From the IMG/VR virus record IMGVR_UViG_3300037961_002462, positions 1 through 53,024 of that record: a stretch of 53,024 nucleotides of DNA, one strand, 5' to 3'. Position 1 is the stretch's first letter, and every line of letters starts with the position of its first letter. This document shows positions 42,465 through 50,913 of this stretch, one piece after another. The position numbers were made by a program, and so were the translations under genes. Source of the DNA: a virus. Lineage: Duplodnaviria; Caudoviricetes. Under the pieces are notes generated by a model. The model was not told where the DNA came from and did not search any database. It worked only from the letters and a program-made list of their open reading frames with translations.

Positions 42465-42570
42465 GATATTTTTTTTTAAATTTAGTTTGACTTTTACTAG
42501 CGTTTTTTGAATGTACCCCTGGGCGTTTTTTTCTACCATTACCCTTAAATATAAAGTTTTTTACTGCCAT
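42448..42570 (-). CDS. Unannotated 40-aa very basic peptide MAVKNFIFKGNGRKKRPGVHSKNASKSQTKFKKKYRGQGR
   Basis: Hand-translated; ATG directly abuts the upstream stop (42571); ends in YRGQGR, a C-terminus I recognise from small marine-phage proteins. Confidence 0.75.
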   Translation of the reverse strand: MAVKNFIFKGNGRKKRPGVHSKNASKSQTKFKKKYRGQGR

Positions 42571-42825
42571 TTATTTAATAAAATTTAATTTTTCTATATA
42601 ATTTATTGTTTCTTTAAGTTCTTCAATAGTATCTTCTTTTCTGTGTCTTAACTCATCTTCAATAAGTTCTTTAATTAAGTCATCTTTGTTTTGGTATGGT
42701 TCAGGAATTTCTTCATTCATTCCAAACCATTCTCCCCAAAGTTCTTCTAATTCTGAACGATTAAATTGTTCGTAGTATTCTTGTTGAACTATCTCCCAAT
42801 CTTGTAATAAATCTTTCTTTTTCAT
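42571..42825 (-). CDS. Acidic hypothetical protein (84 aa)
   Basis: ORF track; TAATG coupling; Glu-rich. Confidence 0.65.
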   Translation of the reverse strand: MKKKDLLQDWEIVQQEYYEQFNRSELEELWGEWFGMNEEIPEPYQNKDDLIKELIEDELRHRKEDTIEELKETINYIEKLNFIK

Positions 42826-43235
42826 TAGTTTAGTTTAGTTTTATAATGTTCTACAATTTTATTTAATTGTCTTTTGTAAAATAAATCAAATTCAACCAAT
42901 TCTAATTGTCCATTATCAGGATTGATTTGTTTTGGTTGTGTTTGTTCCCAATGTACATACAATACATTTCTTAGTCTTTGACTTGGTGTTTTGTTACCAA
43001 ATTCTGTAGACTCGTGTTCTATAGAACTACTAGCTTTTTCTACAGCTTCTTGTTGGTCTTTATTTACAGGGTATGGTGATAGTAATACATATCCTGTCTT
43101 TCTGTTCATTTTAAATAAATTTACCATAGTTTCATCTGATAGTTCAGGTGTACCTATATGTACTCTTAATGAACCGTCGGCAAGGGTAGATATTTTTTCT
43201 ACCCCGCCTTCGAATAATACTGATTTAGATTTCAT
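42825..43235 (-). CDS. Conserved phage hypothetical protein (KTPSQRLR.VLY motif, 136 aa)
   Basis: TLADGSLRV..GTPEL and KTPSQRLRNVLY...F..FY motifs. Confidence 0.65.
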   Translation of the reverse strand: MKSKSVLFEGGVEKISTLADGSLRVHIGTPELSDETMVNLFKMNRKTGYVLLSPYPVNKDQQEAVEKASSSIEHESTEFGNKTPSQRLRNVLYVHWEQTQPKQINPDNGQLELVEFDLFYKRQLNKIVEHYKTKLN

Positions 43236-44034
43236 AGTTATTACTTAATATATGTATTGTTCTTTCTGATTTATTATTCAATGGGTCATAACCTGTACCA
43301 GGCCAATAATCATTGTCCATACAATATTTGTATATTTCTAATTCACTATTGTACATATCACGACCATCCTCTATCATATCATCACCTAGTTCAAATATAT
43401 TAATAGCAAATGGTGCAGTTTTTTCTATAGCAATTATAAAGAATCTATCTGCTTTAACAGCATCCATATAGAACGCAGCTTGTTTGTGATATTTATATTG
43501 TCTCATAGACTTCATAAAACCATTGTAAGAACAATCTTTAGTTGTTTTGATGTCTATTATCATATTATCTCTATGATAGTCTAACATACCCTTACATTTA
43601 ACGTTATATGATTTATTAGTCCAAGTAATAATTTTTTCTGCTTCACCGTTTTGTAACAACTTAGAAACTGTATCGTCTCTCATAACGGTAAAACATATTT
43701 GTTCGCACAAAGCATAATCTGACTCACTAATAATAGTTTTAAATTGATTTTGTTTTTCAAACTCCGCACTATCTATTTTACCTTGTTTTGTACGTTTGTC
43801 AAATTTAGGTTGTATAGCATAGTGTTGTGTAAACTTCATAGGTTCTAATATCATCATATGTATTGCACTACCTAGTTTCATTGCAGGTGTTGGACTTTGT
43901 TGATTGTCATACATATGTTTAAAATACTCAGGAGATACAGATATATTACTTAACATACTGTTAGATACATACTCCCTGTCTTCGTAGTAATTATGATGCG
44001 TCAGACTCATCTTTAACAACTTTATTGTTTTCAT
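43225..44034 (-). CDS. RecE/exonuclease VIII-like PD-(D/E)xK nuclease (DUF3799-like)
   Basis: S.SML, GSAIH..ILEP, CKGMLD, IIDIKTT, YHKQAAFY, FIIAIEKTAPF. True start may be the second Met (MSLTHHNYY). Confidence 0.85.
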   Translation of the reverse strand: MKTIKLLKMSLTHHNYYEDREYVSNSMLSNISVSPEYFKHMYDNQQSPTPAMKLGSAIHMMILEPMKFTQHYAIQPKFDKRTKQGKIDSAEFEKQNQFKTIISESDYALCEQICFTVMRDDTVSKLLQNGEAEKIITWTNKSYNVKCKGMLDYHRDNMIIDIKTTKDCSYNGFMKSMRQYKYHKQAAFYMDAVKADRFFIIAIEKTAPFAINIFELGDDMIEDGRDMYNSELEIYKYCMDNDYWPGTGYDPLNNKSERTIHILSNNYEI

Positions 44035-44293
44035 CTACTTTTTCCATTTCTTTTAAAATGTTTTTTGCATCAGGTATTCTCATAATATATTTATGCATTT
44101 CATCATAAAGTGTATCTATATCTTTTTTATCTACAGCTTTATTATTATATATTTTGTGACACCATGTGAGTAAAGCTACTTCGTGAGCTCTAATAATTCT
44201 ACTAAGAAAGTCTATAGTATCTTTTACCTCTACAGGGACCATGTGGTTTTTACCCTGTATTTTAATTTTAGTTTTTGTTTGTTTTTTTGTCAT
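43991..44293 (-). CDS. Hypothetical protein (100 aa)
   Basis: ORF track; ATGA coupling. Confidence 0.6.
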   Translation of the reverse strand: MTKKQTKTKIKIQGKNHMVPVEVKDTIDFLSRIIRAHEVALLTWCHKIYNNKAVDKKDIDTLYDEMHKYIMRIPDAKNILKEMEKVDENNKVVKDESDAS

Positions 44294-44724
44294 GTCGTTA
44301 ATAAATAATTTTTTCTTTTATCATCTATAATTTCTTTAATCATAATTTCGTTTCTATCAATTCTTGCTCTAAGTTTATCATTTTCTGATAGTAATTCTTG
44401 GTATATATTATTATGTTCTTTAAGTTTAAATTCATATTCTGCATATAAATTATTAGTTTTATCAAACATTTCTTTCATATATGGATACCCTTCGATTAAA
44501 TCTGTAATTTTATTTACATAATGTATCATAGAAGCATGATTTCTATTCATAATTTTACCTATGTGTGACCAACTTAATTGTGTACCTTTACGTAAGAAAT
44601 ATGCAAGAATCATTCGTTTTTCTACTGTCTCTCTATGTCTTCTATTAGAAAATAATTCATGATTACTAATTTCATGTAATTCACAAAAATCTTCTATAAA
44701 TTGATTTATACTTGATATATTCAT
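44290..44724 (-). CDS. DnaA C-terminal (domain IV)-like HTH protein with coiled-coil tail
   Basis: LFSNRRHRETVEKRMILAYFLR....SWSHIGKIMNRNHASMIHYVNKI matches the DnaA domain IV pattern (R...Y......S...IG.....DH.TV.H...KI). Confidence 0.75.
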   Translation of the reverse strand: MNISSINQFIEDFCELHEISNHELFSNRRHRETVEKRMILAYFLRKGTQLSWSHIGKIMNRNHASMIHYVNKITDLIEGYPYMKEMFDKTNNLYAEYEFKLKEHNNIYQELLSENDKLRARIDRNEIMIKEIIDDKRKNYLLTT

Positions 44725-45089
44725 AATATTTCTATTTTTACTCCAGGGTTCTCTTTGTCGTATACATATGGTTTAAAGTGTGGTATAATGTAATCACAGT
44801 TGTCATCTTCTATCCATTGATACCTAACCATTAAATCTTGTACTGTTTGTGCAGGATTAATGTAATCGAACTTACGTCTAGAACCTCTATAAAAGGTAAA
44901 CGAAATGTTATAAGGGGGTTTCAAATTATTAACTAAATATATGAATACTTCTTTGTTTTCCATGTATTGTTCCATTGTATTTTGAATATACTTCATAGTA
45001 GTTTTAGAATGTATAAGATATTTCCCTGTCCATCTTTTTCCATTCTTAGAACTTGGAACATTTCCCTTTATAAATATTTCGTTTACCAT
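44721..45089 (-). CDS. RusA-like Holliday junction resolvase
   Basis: VPSSKN, RRKFDYINP...VQDLM....IEDDN, DKENPGVKIEI. Confidence 0.75.
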   Translation of the reverse strand: MVNEIFIKGNVPSSKNGKRWTGKYLIHSKTTMKYIQNTMEQYMENKEVFIYLVNNLKPPYNISFTFYRGSRRKFDYINPAQTVQDLMVRYQWIEDDNCDYIIPHFKPYVYDKENPGVKIEIL

Positions 45090-45101
45090 ATAGAGTATTA
45101 A

Positions 45102-45680
45102 TTAAAACGGTAGGTCTTCAAATGTATTACCGTCTGCATTTTCTACTGAGGAACTAACACTATTATATTGTTCCATCATAGTTTGATATTTACCTCTATC
45201 TTCATTAGAAAGTTTTTTGTTCATATCAGAATTATATGCACACTTAGCTCCTAATTTATTACTCCATCTATATTTTACAGATTCACGTATAACAGGTTCT
45301 CCTGTTTCTTTATTAGTAGTTACGTATTCTTCTGATATAAATGTAATCATAAGTTCTTTACCTATTACATCATTCATAGCTTTAGAATCATCAGAAAAAT
45401 CTGTAACACCAGCATTTACAAGAAAGTCTTTCATTTGTTTCTTTTTCCAATCTTGTGTAGATGGTTTATCTGTTTGTTTTACTGCCCACATTTGTACTCT
45501 ACCAAGTTTACCATTACTTTCTACATTAAATGTAATAAATGGTGAACCTTTATAGTTATCAATAAGGTCAGATGTTGTAATACTTACAACCTTACACTGA
45601 TGTGCACCAGGTTTTATGTACTCTTGTTTACCACTAGGTTTCGTACTAGTAGTATTTAGGTCAAAAGGTAATACTTTCAT
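45102..45680 (-). CDS. Putative single-stranded DNA-binding protein (DUF669-like OB fold)
   Basis: IKPGAHQCKVVSI start, acidic C-terminal EDLPF tail, adjacent to Sak. Confidence 0.65.
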   Translation of the reverse strand: MKVLPFDLNTTSTKPSGKQEYIKPGAHQCKVVSITTSDLIDNYKGSPFITFNVESNGKLGRVQMWAVKQTDKPSTQDWKKKQMKDFLVNAGVTDFSDDSKAMNDVIGKELMITFISEEYVTTNKETGEPVIRESVKYRWSNKLGAKCAYNSDMNKKLSNEDRGKYQTMMEQYNSVSSSVENADGNTFEDLPF

Positions 45681-46147
45681 TATTTATTATTTTTTAATTT
45701 CCAATTAATATATTTAGTCAATGTGTCACCATCAAATATTATTTTATCTTTCTCAGGTGCGTATGGATACTCTCTACCTTTGTATTCTTTAGTTTTAAGA
45801 GTTTGTATTGGTAATCTGTATAAAAATCTACCTATACCCCATGATACACAAGCACGTTTAAACGCATCTGATGCGTGACCTTTTTGTTTTTCAACATTAG
45901 ATTCAGAACCAGTGTCTGATTTCCAAACCCAACCGTTATCTGTATGTATACCTACACGACACATTAATAAACCACATGATTCATAGTATTCTGTAGACCA
46001 TTTATCAGGTCCAACTATTTCGTCAAGTAAATCTTGTGCGTCACGTGCATCTATGTAAGCGACACATGTAGCTTTACCATATTTTGCAGATTGTACTCTC
46101 CATTTAAATGGTAGTTCTTTTCTTAGTTCATTTAGATTCATCTTCAT
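45680..46147 (-). CDS. Rad52/Sak-family single-strand annealing protein
   Basis: WRVQS, AYIDARD....LDE.VG...W, WKSDTG.ES..E..KG.ASDAFKRA.V.WGIGRFLY. Confidence 0.88.
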   Translation of the reverse strand: MKMNLNELRKELPFKWRVQSAKYGKATCVAYIDARDAQDLLDEIVGPDKWSTEYYESCGLLMCRVGIHTDNGWVWKSDTGSESNVEKQKGHASDAFKRACVSWGIGRFLYRLPIQTLKTKEYKGREYPYAPEKDKIIFDGDTLTKYINWKLKNNK

Positions 46148-46376
46148 TAGTTTTCACATTGTTTATATCATCTTTGATTTTTCGTAATCCACGTAATGCA
46201 ATTACAAGTTTTACGAATCTTCTTATCAACACTGGCTTACCCTTTAGGATAAGTGTTATTGCAATTTCTTTAAAGAGTAGTATAAGTACATCTCTTACCA
46301 GTTGTTTTTCTACACCTAAATCGTGTGATATTTCATTAATAATTTGTTTAAACTTAGTAGTTCTCATATTATACAC
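46128..46376 (-). CDS. HU/IHF-like DNA-binding protein (short)
   Basis: IINEISHDLGVEKQLVRDVL..LFKEI..TL...GKPVLIRRFVKL matches the HU-fold N-terminal half. Confidence 0.65.
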   Translation of the reverse strand: MYNMRTTKFKQIINEISHDLGVEKQLVRDVLILLFKEIAITLILKGKPVLIRRFVKLVIALRGLRKIKDDINNVKTNEDESK

Positions 46377-46401
46377 TTATTTATTTAAGTGATTGAGTCC
46401 G

Positions 46402-46409
46402 CAAATATA
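46402..46409 (-). promoter_or_regulatory. Bacteroidota -7 promoter element for the recombination operon
   Basis: TATATTTGC on the - strand, with TATG 19 nt upstream as a possible -33 element. Confidence 0.6.
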
Positions 46410-46413
46410 TCAT

Positions 46414-46566
46414 TTATTTTATATATTTCATAACTTTATTGACAAAATGTTGACACCCATATATAAATATAAGTCCAATAGCTGTGTATAAAATTAATGT
46501 ATATGATATATATATAAACACCATTAATAATGCAAATGCAAGAATAATTTTAGTTTGTATTTTCAT
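46414..46566 (-). CDS. 50-aa membrane peptide (MKIQTKIILAFALLMVFIYISYTLILYTAIGLIFIYGCQHFVNKVMKYIK)
   Basis: Hand-translated; ATGA overlap with the dnaB stop. Confidence 0.6.
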   Translation of the reverse strand: MKIQTKIILAFALLMVFIYISYTLILYTAIGLIFIYGCQHFVNKVMKYIK

Positions 46567-47840
46567 AGATTTTCAAATTTAGTTAAACTACTATTAAATC
46601 TAAGTGGTATTTCACCAACACCTATATTTCTACCTTTAGCAAATATTATGTTAGCCATACCTTTAGTTGGTTCTCCTTTATCGTCATGTTCTATTCCATA
46701 GTACTCAGGTCTATGTATTAGTATAACAACGTCGGATGCTTGTTCTATTTCACCAGATTCACGTAAATCTGATAATGTAGGTTTACCCATTGCACGCATA
46801 CCAACACCACGATTTAACTGTGATAATGCTATGATTGTAATATTAAGTTCTTTTGCTAGATTCTTTAGAGTTCTTGCAACTTTACTAACTTCTTGTTCTC
46901 TTGTAGAGTTTTTATTAGAGTATGATACCAGTTGTAAATAATCTACTAACACAAGTTTAACATTTTTTACACGTACATATTCTTTTGTTTTTTTAATAAG
47001 ATAATTTAATGAAGTTATATTACATTCGTCTATATTAAGTGGTAACTTTTCTATTTTAGCTATAGCTTGATTGACATGTAAGTATTCGTCTTTACCCAAC
47101 GTACCATTAATTATATACGAATTATTTACACCTGATTCCATAGATATTAATCGTTTAAGTAATTGTGTACCACTCATTTCATATGAGAATATTACAGATG
47201 GACAATTAGAATATACACAGGCGTTTAATAATAACGCAAGAGCAAAACTAGTTTTACCCATAGATGATGCTCCACCTATAATAACTAAGTCTGACTCTTG
47301 CCATCCCCCTGTAAATTTATCTATTTTATCAAAACCTGTAGCTATACCTAACAATCCATCTGTAGACATTCGTTTATTAATATCTTCAAGTGTATTTTTT
47401 AACAAATCAGATAGACTTGATAACTCTTGTGTAGTGTTATCATTTATACCTTCTAAGTTTTTTTGTATTTCATACATTATTGCACTTGTAGTTTTATGAT
47501 TTGATACACTATTATCAATATCTTGTGCTATATGTAATAATTTATTAGTTTTAGATATTTCGTCTAATTCTAAAATCAATGATTGTACATCGGCATATAT
47601 ATGACCTTTGTCTAATAATGATGACAAATACGATGTACAATTATCTAAATGATTTAATTTTTTACTGATTGTAATAATATCAATAGTAGTACCATTTTGT
47701 TTATACTTATCTATAATTGTATATATTTCTTTATTTAGTGGAGTTTGAAATATATCTACGTGAAAATTATATTTTTCTAATAATTCTGGTTCTAGTATTA
47801 ATTTACCTAATAGTATTTGTTCTATATTGTTTGTATCCAT
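46563..47840 (-). CDS. dnaB: Replicative DNA helicase DnaB (start revised to MDTNNIEQ)
   Basis: Walker A GASSMGKT, FSYEMS, VDYLQL, LSQLNR, LSDLRESGEIEQASD, AKGRNIGVG. The longer ORF start runs through a terminator. Confidence 0.95.
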   Translation of the reverse strand: MDTNNIEQILLGKLILEPELLEKYNFHVDIFQTPLNKEIYTIIDKYKQNGTTIDIITISKKLNHLDNCTSYLSSLLDKGHIYADVQSLILELDEISKTNKLLHIAQDIDNSVSNHKTTSAIMYEIQKNLEGINDNTTQELSSLSDLLKNTLEDINKRMSTDGLLGIATGFDKIDKFTGGWQESDLVIIGGASSMGKTSFALALLLNACVYSNCPSVIFSYEMSGTQLLKRLISMESGVNNSYIINGTLGKDEYLHVNQAIAKIEKLPLNIDECNITSLNYLIKKTKEYVRVKNVKLVLVDYLQLVSYSNKNSTREQEVSKVARTLKNLAKELNITIIALSQLNRGVGMRAMGKPTLSDLRESGEIEQASDVVILIHRPEYYGIEHDDKGEPTKGMANIIFAKGRNIGVGEIPLRFNSSLTKFENL

Positions 47841-47870
47841 AATTGTTTTTGGGACGGTAAATATACTATA

Positions 47871-47898
47871 AAAAAATAAAAGGGGGTCAAAGACCCCC
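47871..47898 (-). terminator. Intrinsic terminator
   Basis: Minus strand GGGGGTC-TTT-GACCCCC-TTTTATTTTTT. Confidence 0.85.
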
Positions 47899-47912
47899 AA
47901 ATATTTATATTA

Positions 47913-48332
47913 TTAATTTGTTTCTACATTTTCATATAAAGTTAATAATTGTTCTGGTGAACCTTTAAATATAATTTTTTTCTTCCATACATCACGTATT
48001 GTAATTGATAGATTTTCACTATCATTACCTAGTATTTCATAAATATATTCTTCACCATAGTCTTTAGCGTCAGGACGCATACAATATATACCACCTGGAC
48101 CATCTTTGAAATGTGCAAACATTTGAGCAGCTAAACAATCCATACCATTAGCTATCAATCTTGTATCATTTAAACTAATACCGTTTACAACATGATATTT
48201 TGATAACCATTCTGCCAATTCTATACCATGTCCACTAGGATAACCGTCATATTGACGATACATGGTGGTAATAGTTTTTTTAGAACCATCATCACATTTT
48301 TCTATTATTTTTGTTAAACTTCTTGTTCCCAT
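47913..48332 (-). CDS. Conserved phage early protein (MGTRS...Y.QYDGYP.G.G family)
   Basis: Recognisable motif set; function unknown. Confidence 0.7.
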   Translation of the reverse strand: MGTRSLTKIIEKCDDGSKKTITTMYRQYDGYPSGHGIELAEWLSKYHVVNGISLNDTRLIANGMDCLAAQMFAHFKDGPGGIYCMRPDAKDYGEEYIYEILGNDSENLSITIRDVWKKKIIFKGSPEQLLTLYENVETN

Positions 48333-48508
48333 AATACATTATAACTTTTAATTATTGATTTTCTAATTGTTTTCCATTTATCGATTTGTTTCTCTGTCAA
48401 TTTATCGTTTTCGATACCAGAGTTTTTTATATCAATAACCTTTTGGTCAATCAATACAATTAAATCTACTAATTTTGCATTAGTCATGTCATTAAAATTA
48501 TTCTCCAT
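48314..48508 (-). CDS. Hypothetical protein (64 aa)
   Basis: ORF track; overlaps neighbours in a tight operon. Confidence 0.55.
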   Translation of the reverse strand: MENNFNDMTNAKLVDLIVLIDQKVIDIKNSGIENDKLTEKQIDKWKTIRKSIIKSYNVLWEQEV

Positions 48509-48770
48509 AAATTTCTAAATTTTCGTATTCATAATAATAACTTTTAATTTTTTCTATAATACCTCTACCGTTTGCAGTATGAAAACCATAACTGTGTGTA
48601 TGTAAAGATGGTATAGGTTCGTTTTCTACTAATAAACGAAATAAATCCCAGTCATTTTCGTAGTCTATATCTAGTTGTGTTTGATTTATAGCTTCTGCTA
48701 GATAATCAGGGTTATGTCTACACACCCCGTATGTTGCTGTTAAATATTCTTCAACTTCTTGTCCTGTCAT
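48498..48770 (-). CDS. Hypothetical protein (90 aa)
   Basis: ORF track; ATGA coupling. Confidence 0.6.
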   Translation of the reverse strand: MTGQEVEEYLTATYGVCRHNPDYLAEAINQTQLDIDYENDWDLFRLLVENEPIPSLHTHSYGFHTANGRGIIEKIKSYYYEYENLEIYGE

Positions 48771-49021
48771 AATTTTACTTTTCCGCCTTTAGCGATTAAT
48801 ACATATTCTGAATAATTTACTTTTCTATTAAATCTATTAATAGAAGTTTTCATATTTGTGTCAATTATATATCCATCATTTCTTAAATTATATATGATAG
48901 CTGATAATCTTGTAGCTCCATATTCTTTTATTGCTTCCCATGATGTTATACGATTATATTCATTAAGATGCCATAAAACAGCTTCATGTTGATTTTTTGG
49001 TGTATCTACTAATTTTGTCAT
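48767..49021 (-). CDS. Winged helix-turn-helix protein (HTH_39-like)
   Basis: Q...VL.HL....ITSWEAI..YG.TRLSAIIYNLR..GY.I.T. Confidence 0.8.
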   Translation of the reverse strand: MTKLVDTPKNQHEAVLWHLNEYNRITSWEAIKEYGATRLSAIIYNLRNDGYIIDTNMKTSINRFNRKVNYSEYVLIAKGGKVKL

Positions 49022-49139
49022 ATTTAAGTTTATTAATAATTTTATCTAAATGTCTCATATACATAAAGTCTTGTTTGTTTAAAGGTTTATTTAATTCTCT
49101 TTTCAAACATTCTATATAAAAATTTATATCTTTAGTCAT
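48984..49139 (-). CDS. Unannotated 51-aa hypothetical protein (MTKDINFYIECLKRELNK...)
   Basis: Hand-translated; fills the gap between the structured RNA and the HTH gene. Confidence 0.5.
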   Translation of the reverse strand: MTKDINFYIECLKRELNKPLNKQDFMYMRHLDKIINKLKYDKISRYTKKST

Positions 49140-49157
49140 AATTCACAATTTATATTT

Positions 49158-49344
49158 ATAATAAAGAGAGTATAGACTTGCCGTTGATTCACACTTATCC
49201 TAAACTGCTCACCATATTTGCAGTAAAGTACTAACTAGTCTTCCTTCAATAAGTGCATCCGTTTTATCAGGACCTTCTATAGTAGCGTCTTCTAACTACA
49301 CGTAGTGGGGCGGTACTTATGTTCGTACTATACTCTCTTATTAT
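49158..49344 (-). ncRNA. Candidate ~190-nt structured non-coding RNA
   Basis: Perfect 12-bp closing stem AAGAGAGTATAG (49164-49175)/CTATACTCTCTT (49328-49339); internal stems GCACTTATT/GATAAGTGT, ACTGC/GCAGT, GTCC/GGAT; higher GC than flanks; no tracked ORF. Confidence 0.55.
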
Positions 49345-49493
49345 TATTGATTAATATATTTTATTGCATCATCTAATTCTTCAAATGATTTATGTTTATA
49401 AAACACAAATAAAAATAGTTTTTTGTATACTATTATATCATATCCACTTGTGTCTAAAAAATATTTGAACTTTGTTAATGAAAATTTTATCAT
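49344..49493 (-). CDS. Unannotated 49-aa hypothetical protein (MIKFSLTKFKYFLDTSGYDIIV...)
   Basis: Hand-translated; starts 2 nt after the DUF932 stop. Confidence 0.5.
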   Translation of the reverse strand: MIKFSLTKFKYFLDTSGYDIIVYKKLFLFVFYKHKSFEELDDAIKYINQ

Positions 49494-49495
49494 TG

Positions 49496-50377
49496 TTAAT
49501 TTTTTGATAACCAATTAAATGCATTATCACACATTTTTTGTCCTGTACCTGTGTATATAGATTCTTCTCTACCGTTTTCTCTATTTGGAACAGACTTATA
49601 ATGTGTTGTATACATAGTTACACCGTTAAATAAACCCCATTTGTTTCTACCTAGTCTATCTGTTTCTCTAGATATACACATATGTAAATGGTCTCTGATG
49701 TTCATTTTTCTTGTAGTGTAGTTATCAGCCCAACCATATTGTGTAGAATCCATACCAGTTAGATAATCAATAAGTCCAATAATGTCTTTAGCGGTTACAG
49801 GATTAAAACTCATTTCATGTAGTTTTGCAATACGTTCTTCTTGTCCGTCAAAATTTAATATTGTAGGTAAATCTTTTACTTTATCTTGTATAGATTGTTT
49901 GTGTACATAACCTTTAAGACCATTGCTATTTAACCAACTATACTGATTTTGACAAAATATTACAGTATTCATAAATCCAAATTTAAGTGCTGATGTACCG
50001 TCATGTGAATTAATTGCGTATACATATTGTTTCGTATCTTGATTAGCAATAGTCACATTGTTGTCTGGTTTTTGCATTTGTACAAGTATTTTTCTACCAC
50101 CATTAATAGACATAGCTTTAGTAATTAACAAATCATTATTACCAGCTATATTTTGCATAGTTTCTATAATAGTACTGTTTTGTGTAGGTGTATAACCTTC
50201 TTTTACTGTAGTAAATACTTCACCAGTATCTTCACGTACAATACCATAATAATCAGTTTTATGCAAACCATTATTAGCTTCTGGAGTACACTCACCAGCG
50301 TATATAAGTGGTTTTTTAACCACATTCCAATTAAGATTACATTCATTTAAAATTTGTTCAGTCGTTTTCATATTCAT
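49496..50377 (-). CDS. DUF932/DUF945-family phage/plasmid protein
   Basis: LNWNV.K.P, VREDTG, Y.P.QN, GGRKI, NSHDGT, IFCQN, WGLFNGVT.Y..H. Confidence 0.85.
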   Translation of the reverse strand: MNMKTTEQILNECNLNWNVVKKPLIYAGECTPEANNGLHKTDYYGIVREDTGEVFTTVKEGYTPTQNSTIIETMQNIAGNNDLLITKAMSINGGRKILVQMQKPDNNVTIANQDTKQYVYAINSHDGTSALKFGFMNTVIFCQNQYSWLNSNGLKGYVHKQSIQDKVKDLPTILNFDGQEERIAKLHEMSFNPVTAKDIIGLIDYLTGMDSTQYGWADNYTTRKMNIRDHLHMCISRETDRLGRNKWGLFNGVTMYTTHYKSVPNRENGREESIYTGTGQKMCDNAFNWLSKN

Positions 50378-50552
50378 AATTTTTATTTACCCATATTAAA
50401 AAATCTTCTAACATATTGTGTTCGTCTAAATAATCTAAACACATATTTAATTCTACATTATCTTCTGTGTATTCTTTTACTTCATCGTGTTCTGTAGGGT
50501 CGTCACAATGTTGATATGTAGATTTATACCAATCTTCGTAATTAAGATTCAT
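50358..50552 (-). CDS. Highly acidic small protein (64 aa)
   Basis: ORF track; D/E-rich. Confidence 0.6.
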   Translation of the reverse strand: MNLNYEDWYKSTYQHCDDPTEHDEVKEYTEDNVELNMCLDYLDEHNMLEDFLIWVNKNYEYEND

Positions 50553-50913
50553 AATCTAACTTTGATTCTACTAATTCTACTTCTTCTTCTTCTTCTTCTA
50601 CTTTAAACATGTTATCTATATGACGTATAACATCATCAATTAAACTATCATGTTCGTTAAATGACATGTGAGATATTTCTACTCTATTATCATATTCCAT
50701 AGATAGTTCATAATCAAAATCTTGTTCTGAAAAACTTACATCATATAACGCATTTTTTACAGCGTCTGAAATAAGGTCATAAACCTTACGACTTAATACA
50801 GGTTTGTTAATATCTTCCAAAACTTTTTTCTCTCTGTTAAGCGAGTGTGTAAGATTATTAATTTGTGATTCTAATGTTTCAATTTTTGTTTGTAATTGTT
50901 CTTTAGTTTCCAT
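50542..50913 (-). CDS. Acidic protein with N-terminal coiled coil (123 aa)
   Basis: ORF track; EEEEEE tract. Confidence 0.65.
   Translation of the reverse strand: METKEQLQTKIETLESQINNLTHSLNREKKVLEDINKPVLSRKVYDLISDAVKNALYDVSFSEQDFDYELSMEYDNRVEISHMSFNEHDSLIDDVIRHIDNMFKVEEEEEEVELVESKLDYES

Noticed and set aside
47841-47900. N-terminal extension of DnaB (MGVFDPLLFF...) and of ORFs 52651-52932, 34942 and 42539
   Set aside because: The extensions run through terminators/hairpins or overlap other plausible genes; downstream starts have better context.
49255-49275. Hammerhead ribozyme core in the ncRNA candidate (CTGATAA on the - strand)
   Set aside because: It differs from CUGANGA, sits in a hairpin loop, and has no correctly placed GAAA or three-stem junction.
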